Below are positions 31,101 to 39,995 of a stretch of DNA of 64,000 nucleotides, one piece after another. The stretch comes from Bacteroidota bacterium. GTDB taxonomy: Bacteria; Bacteroidota; Ignavibacteria; UBA10030. Both the position numbers and the translations under genes were made by a program. The first letter of the stretch is position 1, and every line of letters begins with the position of its first letter. The notes beneath the pieces are model-generated. The model worked only from the letters and a program-made list of their open reading frames with translations. It had not been told where the DNA came from and made no database searches. The DNA lies in contig JALONQ010000002.1 in assembly GCA_025454835.1 (NCBI GenBank), forward strand, positions 133,483-197,482. Reading direction: 5' to 3'.

Positions 31101-31280
31101 TGCACCTTGGCGGTCTTCGATTTGCTGGGACGACAGGTGGCTACGCTCATTGATGGAGTCCGGCCGGCGGGAATGCAGATCATTTCGTGGAACGCTTCGG
31201 GCCAGCCGGCGGGCGTGTACTTCTGTCGTCTGCAAACGGCCGGCATTGTCATTGCGCGAAAGCTGGTTTTAGCGCGATAA
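28182..31280 (+). pseudogene. GH3 + FnIII + CARDB-like + F5/8C (CBM32-like) + T9SS CTD gene interrupted by one in-frame TAG at 30747-30749 (or a readthrough gene)
   Basis: ORFs 28182-30749 and 30762-31280 share a frame. Reading through gives MDLDSL*CVEDVTLYWEDAFGKEY, a continuous F5/8C domain, then FPNPFNP CTD. GH3 motifs DGPHGVR, KHFAAN, VVSDW. Confidence 0.75.
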
Positions 31281-31322
31281 TGAGCGGTTGGAATGCCCGC
31301 GTCATTGCAGTACCCTTGAACG

Positions 31323-33827
31323 ATGTTTCATGACACCTCGGACATGACCGTGAATACCTTCTGGCGCAGCACCCTCCTCCTCGGCTGCATCGCCGGCTCG
31401 TTGGTCGGTCAGCCAACTGTTTCCCTTGATCAGCGCGTTGCAGATCTTGTTGCGCGCATGACGCTTGAAGAGAAGGTCTCGCTCCTGGGCGGCACGGGGT
31501 TCGACACGCGGCCGATCGAGCGGCTTGGCATTCCGACGCTCCGCATGACCGACGGACCACTCGGCGTTCGCACCGGCCGGGCCACGGCGTTCCCGTCTTC
31601 CATTGCGCTGGCCGCGAGCTGGGACACGGCGCTCGTCCGCCGCGTGGGGGAGGCGTTGGGGCGCGAGACGAAAGCCAAGGACAAGAATGTGCTGCTCGCC
31701 CCGTGCGTCAACATCCATCGCGTGCCGCACGGCGGGCGCAACTTCGAGAGTTTCGGCGAGGACCCGTTCGTCGCGGCGCGGATGGCCGTGGCGTATATCA
31801 CGGGCGTCCAATCCGAAGGAGTGGCGGCGACCGTCAAGCACTTCGCCGTCAACAACCAGGAGCACGAACGTGATTTCGTCGATGCACGGGTCAGCGAGCG
31901 GGCCCTTCGCGAGATCTACTTGCCGGCTTTCGAGGCTTCGGTCCTCGAAGCGGATGTGCTGGCGGTGATGAATTCATACAATCGCCTCAACGGTCCCTAT
32001 ACCACGCAGCATGCACACCTGAATCTGGACATCCTCAAGAACGAGTGGGGCTTCCGCGGCGTGCTCATGTCAGACTGGGGGGCAACGCATAGTGTAGCGC
32101 AGGCGGCCAATGGAGGCCTCGATCTGGAGATGCCGACCGGGAAGCACTTCGGGGACAGTCTGCTGACGGCCGTTCGTTCCGGCGAGGTGCGAGAAGCGGT
32201 CATCGACGACCACGTCACGCGCATCGTACGGCTGGCGCTGAAGGACGGAATCTATCAGGCTTCGCCGAAAGCCGACACGAGCGTCATTCTGAGCCGCGCC
32301 CATCAGATGCTGAACCGCGAAGCGGCAGCGCGCGGAATGGTCCTGCTGAAGAATGACGGCCCGATCCTTCCGTTCGATCGCTCCACGTTGAAGTCGCTCG
32401 CCGTGATCGGCCCGAATGCGGACATCCTGCGCACAGGGGGCGGCGGCAGCTCGATGGTGAGTCCGACGTCCGCAGTCTCTCCGCTGGCAGCCATCCGTGA
32501 GGCTGCCCCGAGACTCGACGTTCGCTTTGCCCAAGGGGTCAAGCTCGAAGGCGATCTCATCCCGATCGATCCGGCGCAATTGACGCCGGGCGGCGGCATG
32601 TCCGGCAAGGGCTGGAAAGCGGAATACTTCGACAATATGAGGCTTGCCGGGAAGCCAAAGCTGACGCGCGTCGAACCGATCATCAACCACGATTGGGTCG
32701 GCGACAGCCCCGACAAGGGGATCCCGTCTGACCAGTTCTCCGCCCGTTGGACGGCGACGCTGAGGCCGGACGTCTCCGGCGAGCGACGGCTGGAGGTCTC
32801 AAGCGACGACGGCATCCGGCTGTGGCTGGACGGTCAGTTGCTCATCGAGGATTGGACGAACCACGCCGAGATCTACAAAAGCGTGCCCGTACAACTCGAG
32901 GCCGGCAAAGCGTACGAACTGAAGATCGAATACTATGAGGACGGCGGGAGCGCGGTTGCCCGTTGCGGATGGTCAGTCAATCAAGAAGGCAAGATCGCCG
33001 AAGCGGCGGAGACGGCCCGCGGCGCCGACGCTGCGGTGTTGTTCGTGGGGTATTCCGCACGGTATGAGAGTGAGGGATTTGATCGTCCCGACCTGACGCT
33101 GTCGGATGAACAGGTTGCGCTGATCAAAGCTGTGACCGCGGCCAATCCACGGACGGCCGTCGTCCTGCACAGCGGCGCGGCGGTGCTGATGGAGGATTGG
33201 GTCAGTGATGTACCGGCGCTGATCGAGGCGTGGTATCCCGGCCAAGAGGGAGGGCACGCCATCGCCCAGGTCCTGTTCGGAGACGTGAATCCATCCGGCA
33301 AGTTGACGACGAGCTTCCTCAAGCGCTGGGAGGACTACTCATCCTTCGGCACATATCCAAATGAGACCGGGGTTGCAAACTACACGGACGACATTTTTGT
33401 GGGATATCGTCATGTCGACCGCACGGGAATGGAGCCCCGCTTCGCTTTCGGGCATGGGCTATCGTACACGACCTTTGGCTATGAGAACCTGTCGGTGAAG
33501 GTCATGTCGAGCCTGCCATCTCCGAGATTGGAGGTGACATTCGACGTTATCAACACGGGTTCGCGTGCCGGAGCGGAGGTCTCCCAGGTCTACGTCTCAA
33601 ATCCGGCCGGAGAGGTCGAACGGCCGCGTCAAGAGCTTCGCGGGTTCGCCCGCGTCGACCTCGCGCCTGGGGAACGGCGGACGGTGCGTCTCGAGCTGGG
33701 GCCCCGCGCCTTCTCGACCTTTGACGCCTCTGCCGGAAGGTGGACGGTTCCTCCGGGTGACTACGGCATCCGGGTCGGAAGCTCCTCACGGCTCATTCGT
33801 TTCGCAGAGATCGCAACGTTACGGTGA
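31323..33827 (+). CDS. GH3 beta-glucosidase with PA14 insertion and FnIII-like domain, signal peptide, no CTD
   Basis: MTDGPLGVR, GRNFESFGEDP, VKHFAVNNQE, LMSDWG. PA14: WKAEYFDN...FSARW...SSDDGIRLWLDG. ESEGFDR. Alternative start 31344. Confidence 0.93.
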   Translation: MFHDTSDMTVNTFWRSTLLLGCIAGSLVGQPTVSLDQRVADLVARMTLEEKVSLLGGTGFDTRPIERLGIPTLRMTDGPLGVRTGRATAFPSSIALAASWDTALVRRVGEALGRETKAKDKNVLLAPCVNIHRVPHGGRNFESFGEDPFVAARMAVAYITGVQSEGVAATVKHFAVNNQEHERDFVDARVSERALREIYLPAFEASVLEADVLAVMNSYNRLNGPYTTQHAHLNLDILKNEWGFRGVLMSDWGATHSVAQAANGGLDLEMPTGKHFGDSLLTAVRSGEVREAVIDDHVTRIVRLALKDGIYQASPKADTSVILSRAHQMLNREAAARGMVLLKNDGPILPFDRSTLKSLAVIGPNADILRTGGGGSSMVSPTSAVSPLAAIREAAPRLDVRFAQGVKLEGDLIPIDPAQLTPGGGMSGKGWKAEYFDNMRLAGKPKLTRVEPIINHDWVGDSPDKGIPSDQFSARWTATLRPDVSGERRLEVSSDDGIRLWLDGQLLIEDWTNHAEIYKSVPVQLEAGKAYELKIEYYEDGGSAVARCGWSVNQEGKIAEAAETARGADAAVLFVGYSARYESEGFDRPDLTLSDEQVALIKAVTAANPRTAVVLHSGAAVLMEDWVSDVPALIEAWYPGQEGGHAIAQVLFGDVNPSGKLTTSFLKRWEDYSSFGTYPNETGVANYTDDIFVGYRHVDRTGMEPRFAFGHGLSYTTFGYENLSVKVMSSLPSPRLEVTFDVINTGSRAGAEVSQVYVSNPAGEVERPRQELRGFARVDLAPGERRTVRLELGPRAFSTFDASAGRWTVPPGDYGIRVGSSSRLIRFAEIATLR

Positions 33828-35053
33828 CGCGCATGAGATCGCTACGCTTCCTCGTCGGCCTGGTGCTGATCGCCGGCACGCTCAGTGCACAATCGTTTGT
33901 AACGGTCCGGGGGCCTGAGTTGATCGACGCCCACGGCAAGCCCCTGCTGCTCCGCGGCATCAACCTCGGGAATTGGCTCGTGCCGGAAGGCTACATGTTC
34001 AAGTTCGACACGGCGGCCTCTCCCCGAATGATCCACGGAGTTCTCAACGAACTCATCGGACCCGGTGAAGCTGTCGATTTCTGGAGGCGGTTCCGGGATG
34101 TCTACATCACCCGCCAGGACATTCGCTTTATTAGGCAGGCGGGATTCAACAGCGTCCGCGTGCCTTTCAGTTTCCGGCTCTTCGTTCGCGAGGATGAGCC
34201 GTCGGTCTGGGGTGGACCCGGATTCGAGATGCTCGACCGCGTCGTCGGCTGGTGCCGCGAGGAAGGGCTTCTCGTGGTCCTCGATATGCACTGCGCTCCC
34301 GGCGGTCAGACAGGCGACAATATCGACGACAGCTGGGGAATGCCCTTCCTGCTGACAAGTCCGCTCAGCCAACAACTGACGATCGAGGTGTGGAGGAGGA
34401 TCGCAGAGCACTTCCGCAATGAGCCGACCGTCATCGGATACGACCTGCTCAACGAACCGATCCCGCACTTCGCCGACACAACGAGGCTGTATCCGCTCCT
34501 CGAGCCGCTCTACAAGCGTATCGTGGCCGCCGTTCGAGAGGTGGACACGACGCATATTGTCATCTTGGGTGGTGCCCGTTGGAACACGAACTTCCAGATC
34601 TTCGGTCCTCCGTTCGACCGGAAGGCCGTCTATACCTTCCACAAATACTGGATGCCCCCGGAGTTCGAAGCTATCCAGGAGTACGTTGAATTTCGGGACC
34701 GTTGGCAGGTGCCGATCTATATGGGCGAGTCGGGCGAGAACACGGACGAATGGATCAACACCTACCGGACGTTGCTCGATCGACACAAGATCGGGTGGCA
34801 CTTCTGGCCCTACAAGAAGCTGGATGCGACGAGCTGTTTCGTGAGCATCAAACGACCGGACGGTTGGGAGACCATCCGTCGATTCGCGGCTCGGCCGCGC
34901 GTCACGTACGCCGACCTACGGGCCAACCGCCCGAACGGATCGGACGTGACGGCGACATTGGAGGAGTATTTGCGGAACTGTGCATTTGACCAGACAACCG
35001 TGAACAAGGCGTATATTGAAGCGTTGGGTGGAAAAATCCCGGAGAGCCGATGA
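33824..35053 (+). CDS. GH5 glycoside hydrolase, signal peptide, no CTD
   Basis: LRGINLGNWLVPEGYM, VVLDMHCAPGGQTG, GYDLLNEP, YTFHKYW, YMGESGEN. GTGA overlap with the upstream gene. Confidence 0.9.
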   Translation: MTRMRSLRFLVGLVLIAGTLSAQSFVTVRGPELIDAHGKPLLLRGINLGNWLVPEGYMFKFDTAASPRMIHGVLNELIGPGEAVDFWRRFRDVYITRQDIRFIRQAGFNSVRVPFSFRLFVREDEPSVWGGPGFEMLDRVVGWCREEGLLVVLDMHCAPGGQTGDNIDDSWGMPFLLTSPLSQQLTIEVWRRIAEHFRNEPTVIGYDLLNEPIPHFADTTRLYPLLEPLYKRIVAAVREVDTTHIVILGGARWNTNFQIFGPPFDRKAVYTFHKYWMPPEFEAIQEYVEFRDRWQVPIYMGESGENTDEWINTYRTLLDRHKIGWHFWPYKKLDATSCFVSIKRPDGWETIRRFAARPRVTYADLRANRPNGSDVTATLEEYLRNCAFDQTTVNKAYIEALGGKIPESR

Positions 35054-36864
35054 AGACCCGAGCGTTCGTTGGTATCGTGCTGTCATTGATGAGTCTGGTG
35101 TTCCCTGTGACGGCCAAGATCTACAAGGGAGCCGAGTACCGCACCAAGCAATCATTCCTGTACGGCCGATTTGAGGCCCGCATCAAAGCCAACGGCCGCA
35201 GCGGGATGCTGACGTCGTTCTTCACGTACAACGACTCGTATCCTTCAACGCCGTGGAATGAGATCGATATTGAGATCATGGGGCGATACACGAACAACGT
35301 GCAATTCAACACGATCACGCCCGGCCAGGCGAATCACGTCAGCCATCAGTACGTGCCGTTCAACACCGCGCAGGAATTCCACGTCTACGGCTTCGAGTGG
35401 ACACCGAACTATGTCGCGTGGTTCATCGACTCGGTCGAAGTCTGCCGCCAGACGGGAGACCATATCGCCACGCTCAACCAGCCGCAGAAGCTCATGATGA
35501 ACGTCTGGCCTCCGGCCTATCCGGATTGGGCGGGGCCATGGAATGCTGCCGTCCTTCCGGCATTCGCGTACTACGACTGGGTGAGGTACGCATCGTACAC
35601 GCCGGGCACAGGCAACACCGGTACGGGAAACAACTTCTCCACCCAATGGCGTGACGATTGCGACGCGTGGGACCAGACGCGATGGGACAAAGCGTCACAC
35701 ACATTCGGCGGCAACAATTGCGATTTTGTGTATGACAACGCCGTGTTTCACGACGGGAAGCTGGTCCTGTGCCTGACGACCGAGACGGCGCTCGGTTACA
35801 ACGATGGGGTGGCGCCGTCTCCCCTGTGGGCGCGTATCGAGAAAGATGCGGTTCGCATCCACTTCTCCGAGGAAGTGACCGCCACGTCGGCCATGGTGCT
35901 GGCGAACTACCTCATTCCTTCCAACACCGTCACGTCAGCTGAACTCTTGTCCGATGCACGGACCGTTGTGCTCAATGTGCCGGGAGCGCATACGACGACG
36001 GTCTCTTCCATCGCCGTCAGTGGGATCACCGATCGCTCGCCGACGCCAAACACCTCGGCGCTCAAGGCGATCGTTCCGACGAAAGCAACGCCGCTCACCT
36101 TGCCGCTCTACATCAACCTTGGCGGCGGGTCGAGCGGGTCGTTCCTGCCCGACCAGGCGTGGGGACCGACGGTCGAATACGGGTATGCCGAAGGGTATGC
36201 CGGATCGTTCCCGGGGGCATCGATCAACGGCACGACGTACCAGGAGGTCTACCAGTCTGAACTGGCGGGATTCACCGAGTACGCGATCCGGGTTCCCAAC
36301 GGCATCTATACGGTCACGTTGATGATGGCCGAGAACTATTTCTCGGCCGCGAACAAGCGTGTCATGACCCTCACGGTCGAGGGGAACGCCGTTCTCACGA
36401 ATTTCGACCTGTATGCCAACGCCGGTTGGCGGACGGCTTACCAACGTACCGTCCTGGCCAATGTGAGCGATGGAATGATCAACATTCACGCACGGGCGAC
36501 GGTCGATCGTCCACTCCTCAATGGGATCATGGTGGGTTACATCGGAACCGGCGTGAAGGAGGGAACGGGCCAGGTGCCGCATCAGGATGATCTGGCGATC
36601 CTCGGGAGCTATCCGAACCCGTTCAACGGTTCGACGCAGGTGGCCGTGCGCGCACCGGCCGGCGATCGCGTGACCTTCAAGGTGTACGACCTTCTGGGCC
36701 GTCAGGTCGCTCAGCAGGAACTCGATCAGCAAGAGGGAGGCGTCGTGACGACCCGATGGGACCCACGAGGGTCGGGTGAGCGGCCCTTACCTTCGGGGCT
36801 CTATCTTGGCGTCGCCGAGGGCCGTCTCCGGTCGAGACCGCATAGGATGATCTACATTCAATAA
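35050..36864 (+). CDS. GH16 lichenase-type beta-1,3-1,4-glucanase + Ig-like + malectin-like domain + T9SS CTD
   Basis: YGRFEARIK...SFFTY...WNEIDIEIMG (ExDxE), FHVYGFEWTP, LMMNVW. Malectin-like YINLGG...VPNGIYTVTLMMAENY...KRV. SYPNPFNG CTD. Confidence 0.88.
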   Translation: MKTRAFVGIVLSLMSLVFPVTAKIYKGAEYRTKQSFLYGRFEARIKANGRSGMLTSFFTYNDSYPSTPWNEIDIEIMGRYTNNVQFNTITPGQANHVSHQYVPFNTAQEFHVYGFEWTPNYVAWFIDSVEVCRQTGDHIATLNQPQKLMMNVWPPAYPDWAGPWNAAVLPAFAYYDWVRYASYTPGTGNTGTGNNFSTQWRDDCDAWDQTRWDKASHTFGGNNCDFVYDNAVFHDGKLVLCLTTETALGYNDGVAPSPLWARIEKDAVRIHFSEEVTATSAMVLANYLIPSNTVTSAELLSDARTVVLNVPGAHTTTVSSIAVSGITDRSPTPNTSALKAIVPTKATPLTLPLYINLGGGSSGSFLPDQAWGPTVEYGYAEGYAGSFPGASINGTTYQEVYQSELAGFTEYAIRVPNGIYTVTLMMAENYFSAANKRVMTLTVEGNAVLTNFDLYANAGWRTAYQRTVLANVSDGMINIHARATVDRPLLNGIMVGYIGTGVKEGTGQVPHQDDLAILGSYPNPFNGSTQVAVRAPAGDRVTFKVYDLLGRQVAQQELDQQEGGVVTTRWDPRGSGERPLPSGLYLGVAEGRLRSRPHRMIYIQ

Positions 36865-36866
36865 TC

Positions 36867-36919
36867 TGATCGTTCGATCGAGCGATCAACGAAGAACGCC
36901 GGCCCTGGAGCCGGCGTTC
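36867..36919. terminator. Two adjacent hairpins between convergent genes (36867-36888 and GAACGCCGGC-N6-GCCGGCGTTC at 36894-36919)
   Basis: Perfect 10-bp stem plus a near-palindrome, between stop codons at 36864 (+) and 36962 (-). Confidence 0.65.
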
Positions 36920-36961
36920 GCTATTGCTGTGATTGATCTGAGCAGAGAGCTTCGTCGTGGG

Positions 36962-38965
36962 CTATCGCGTCAACACCACCCGCCCGGTCCGGACGTGCGG
37001 CATCTCGGTTCCCGATGCCGATCGCACCTCGCAGGCATACAGATACACGCCCGACGGCATTCCCGTGGCATTCCACGTGAGCGCGTGCGTCCCGGCGGGG
37101 CGTATGCCTTCATCCGAGCGATGGACGACCCGCCCGAGCAGGTCGGTGATCGTCAAAATGACGCGTCGCTCCGATGGGATCGTCACTTCGATCCGCGTGT
37201 CGGGATTGAACGGATTGGGGTATGCTGCCGAGACAAGGACGGAACGCGGGGTCGCCTCATCCTCGGCCGAGGTTACAATCGTGAACGCGAGCGAACTGAA
37301 GTTCCAACCGCCGGCGAGGATCTTCACGCGCAGGTCCTTCGTGCCAGCCGTCATGTTCACCTGACCCAGTGAGATGGTCGACCAGTTCTGCCAGCCGCCG
37401 GTCGACGTGATGTTGTACGGCAGCGATTCCCCTCCGTCGAGCACGAGACTCATGCTCCCGCCACCCGTGGCCGATGCGACGCGCGCCGAGATGGCGTAGG
37501 TCCCCCCGGTCGCCACATGCACCGTGTAGCCAAGCCATTCGCCCGCCGTCGTCCATCCGACGTTGAAGCCGTTTCCCTGCGGATCGCTCGACCGTTCGAT
37601 GTCCACGCCGTCGTTCCGATAGGTCCATCCGGTGTTGTACGTGGAACCCCCGTTCCCGTTCACATTCTGGAAGTCGACGTCGACGTAGGCCTCCTGATTC
37701 TTGCCCATGTCATAGTGCACGGCCGGGATCGTCCCGGGGATCACGAGGCGGGCGTAGGGCTTCCGTTGTCCGGGGGTGGGGGAACCGAAGAGCGCATTGA
37801 GATAATCCGGGCGCAGCGTGGTGTTCTGCGATTCGAACTTGTTGGCCTGTTCCAGGAGATACGTCATCGCCGTCGTGACGCTCGGCGCGCTCCCCTGGCC
37901 GCTCCAGTATCGGATGAGCGCGTCGAACCCGGCCGTCTTTGTGACCGACAGCGGGCAGGAGATGCTCTCGATCTTCTTGAGCGTCCACCACGACCAACCG
38001 ATCTTGTTCAGCTCCATCCACATCAGGCATTCGCTGAACCAGTGGTTGGAGTTCTCACCCGATTCTCCGAGCCAGAGCGGTCGCTGCGTATTGCTCCGAA
38101 GCGATAGAAGGTAAGAGATCGCGCCGTAGTCGTTGACGTTCCAGTACTTGTGGAAACTCCAAGCCATGTTGGCATCCCACGCGGGCGTGAGGCCGTTGAA
38201 GTCGGTCGCGTACCAGTTCCCTTCGGCGAAGATCAAGTGGTTCTGGTCGACAGTACGGATGCTGTCCGTGAGACGGACGAGGAATGCCCGCAAGGTGCTG
38301 TTGCCCGCCGGGAAATTCCACGCCGGTTCATTGATGAGGTCGTATCCGCCGATCCAGGGTTCGTTCTTGTAGCGGGCAGCGATCGTCTTCCACAGCGAAG
38401 CGGTCCAATCCTGGTAGAGCGTGCTTTCCCACAATGAAGGGGGGCCTTGATAGTCACTGATGCCGCCGGTGTTTTGTCCGCCGGGAGCTGCATGGAGGTC
38501 AAGGATGAGATACATCCGGTTCGATTCACACCAATCGAGGAGGCTGTCGATGATCGCGAAGCCGCTTTCGGTGTACACACCGGGAGCCGACGTGAGGAGA
38601 TTGTAATGCATCGGGAGGCGGACGGAGTTGAATCCCCATTTTGCCAGACTATCGATGTCCGTCTTCCTTACGAAGCTGGCGCGATACGCTTGGAAGAACG
38701 TGTCAGCATTTTGGGCCCCTACCAACTGGGTCACGACATTCTTCAAAGCCGTCGGGGAGTCGGCGAACGAAGAGGTGCCGAGCATGTAGCCTTCGGGCAC
38801 AAGCCAACCCCCGAGCCCCATGCCTCGAAGGATGATCTGATTGTTTGAACCGTCGACGATGTAGAGGCCAGAGGCGTGGAGAAATCCTTGTGCCTCAAGC
38901 GGGACATGCTGACTGAGTGCGAGAAGCCCTGCGAGCAGGAATGATCGGCAGCAGCGCAAGAACAT
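36962..38965 (-). CDS. GH5 + CBM6-like + T9SS type-A CTD
   Basis: LRGMGLGGWLVPEGYM, ILDLHAAPGGQ, GYDLINEP, SFHKYW, WLGESGEN. YDMGKNQEAY...GEWLGYTV...TGGWQNW (CBM6-like), YPNPFNP CTD. Confidence 0.92.
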   Translation of the reverse strand: MFLRCCRSFLLAGLLALSQHVPLEAQGFLHASGLYIVDGSNNQIILRGMGLGGWLVPEGYMLGTSSFADSPTALKNVVTQLVGAQNADTFFQAYRASFVRKTDIDSLAKWGFNSVRLPMHYNLLTSAPGVYTESGFAIIDSLLDWCESNRMYLILDLHAAPGGQNTGGISDYQGPPSLWESTLYQDWTASLWKTIAARYKNEPWIGGYDLINEPAWNFPAGNSTLRAFLVRLTDSIRTVDQNHLIFAEGNWYATDFNGLTPAWDANMAWSFHKYWNVNDYGAISYLLSLRSNTQRPLWLGESGENSNHWFSECLMWMELNKIGWSWWTLKKIESISCPLSVTKTAGFDALIRYWSGQGSAPSVTTAMTYLLEQANKFESQNTTLRPDYLNALFGSPTPGQRKPYARLVIPGTIPAVHYDMGKNQEAYVDVDFQNVNGNGGSTYNTGWTYRNDGVDIERSSDPQGNGFNVGWTTAGEWLGYTVHVATGGTYAISARVASATGGGSMSLVLDGGESLPYNITSTGGWQNWSTISLGQVNMTAGTKDLRVKILAGGWNFSSLAFTIVTSAEDEATPRSVLVSAAYPNPFNPDTRIEVTIPSERRVILTITDLLGRVVHRSDEGIRPAGTHALTWNATGMPSGVYLYACEVRSASGTEMPHVRTGRVVLTR

Positions 38966-39047
38966 GTATTCAAGCCCTTAGAGTAGAATCTGAGCGTTGA
39001 GAATCCTCCGGTATGAAACCCGGTGTGAGAGATCCAAACCACGAGGC

Positions 39048-39063
39048 TGCAAGAACCAGACCA
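39048..39063 (-). promoter_or_regulatory. Candidate sigma-54 promoter TGGTCTG-GTTC-TTGCA for the GH5-CBM6 gene
   Basis: Exact GG-N10-GC spacing with flanking T and TTGCA, ~83 nt upstream of ATG 38965. The middle of the -24 box departs from TGGCACG. Confidence 0.4.
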
Positions 39064-39213
39064 AAGACCGAGGTGGAATTCCCCCTGTTTGGGCTGAAAT
39101 CAGGTCCGTTCTGGGAGATGCATCGACACTTCCTAACTTCGATACCTATCTCTCCGATTCATGTTCTCGGAATGATAAGCAGCCGGAAATGTGTTCGCCT
39201 CCTGAAAAATGAC

Positions 39214-39242
39214 TTGACAGGGGAGGGAAGAGTAACCATATT
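39214..39242 (+). promoter_or_regulatory. Sigma-70-type promoter TTGACA-N17-CATATT for the TetR/efflux operon
   Basis: Consensus -35, 17-nt spacer, -10 retaining the conserved A2 and T6. Confidence 0.6.
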
Positions 39243-39342
39243 GGAAACGTAAGAAACGAAATGAGTTTCCATCTAGAATTGGCCCGACTGAATGGGCCTT
39301 TTCTTGGGCAGTTCGGAAACGCAAAACACTGAAGTAGTTTCC
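39243..39342. promoter_or_regulatory. Two copies of GGAAAC-N16-GTTTCC (39243-39270 and 39315-39342), probable TetR operators
   Basis: Identical arms and spacing in both copies. The first covers the predicted transcription start, the second lies just before the TetR start. Confidence 0.7.
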
Positions 39343-39353
39343 TTGAGGTTGGC

Positions 39354-39995
39354 ATGGCAGACCAAGAAGAGAAAGAGCGACTCATCATTGGAGCTCGGGA
39401 CAGATTCTTTGCGAGCGGATTCTCCAAGGTCACCGTAGACGAGATCTCCAGTGATCTGGGGATGAGCAAGAAGACCGTCTACAAGTTCTTTCCGAGCAAA
39501 GACGATCTCCTCAAGGGCGTCATTGACTTCATGCTCGCACGCGTCGGCCGGCAGATCGACGAGGTCATCGCATCGAACAAGCCCTTTGAACAGAAGTTGG
39601 CTCAGATCCTCGCCATCGCGGGACAGGTCACGAAGCGGATCAGCCCGGCCTTTATGGACGATGTCCGCAGGAACCTCCCGGGAGTGTGGAGGCATATCGA
39701 GGAATTTCGCCGGGTGCACATCTTCGAGAAGGTGAAAACTCTGATGCAACAGGCGAAGGCGGAGGGAGTGCTGCGCCAGGAAGTCAATGTCGAGTTGTTC
39801 TTCCTTGTCTTCTTCCATGCCGTGCAGGGCATCCTGAATCCGAACTCGCTTCTGCAGCTGCCCGTCTCGCCGGACGAGGCGATCCGCAGCATCTTCCGCA
39901 TCCTCTTCCTCGGCGCCATGGAATCGACCGCCGAAGACCGCTACCACGCAGTCGAAGAGATCCTGAATCAACAATCATCCCAGAGGTCGCTATGA
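39354..39995 (+). CDS. TetR/AcrR-family transcriptional regulator
   Basis: GFSKVTVDEISSDLGMSKKTVYKFFPSKDDL HTH. Confidence 0.93.
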   Translation: MADQEEKERLIIGARDRFFASGFSKVTVDEISSDLGMSKKTVYKFFPSKDDLLKGVIDFMLARVGRQIDEVIASNKPFEQKLAQILAIAGQVTKRISPAFMDDVRRNLPGVWRHIEEFRRVHIFEKVKTLMQQAKAEGVLRQEVNVELFFLVFFHAVQGILNPNSLLQLPVSPDEAIRSIFRILFLGAMESTAEDRYHAVEEILNQQSSQRSL

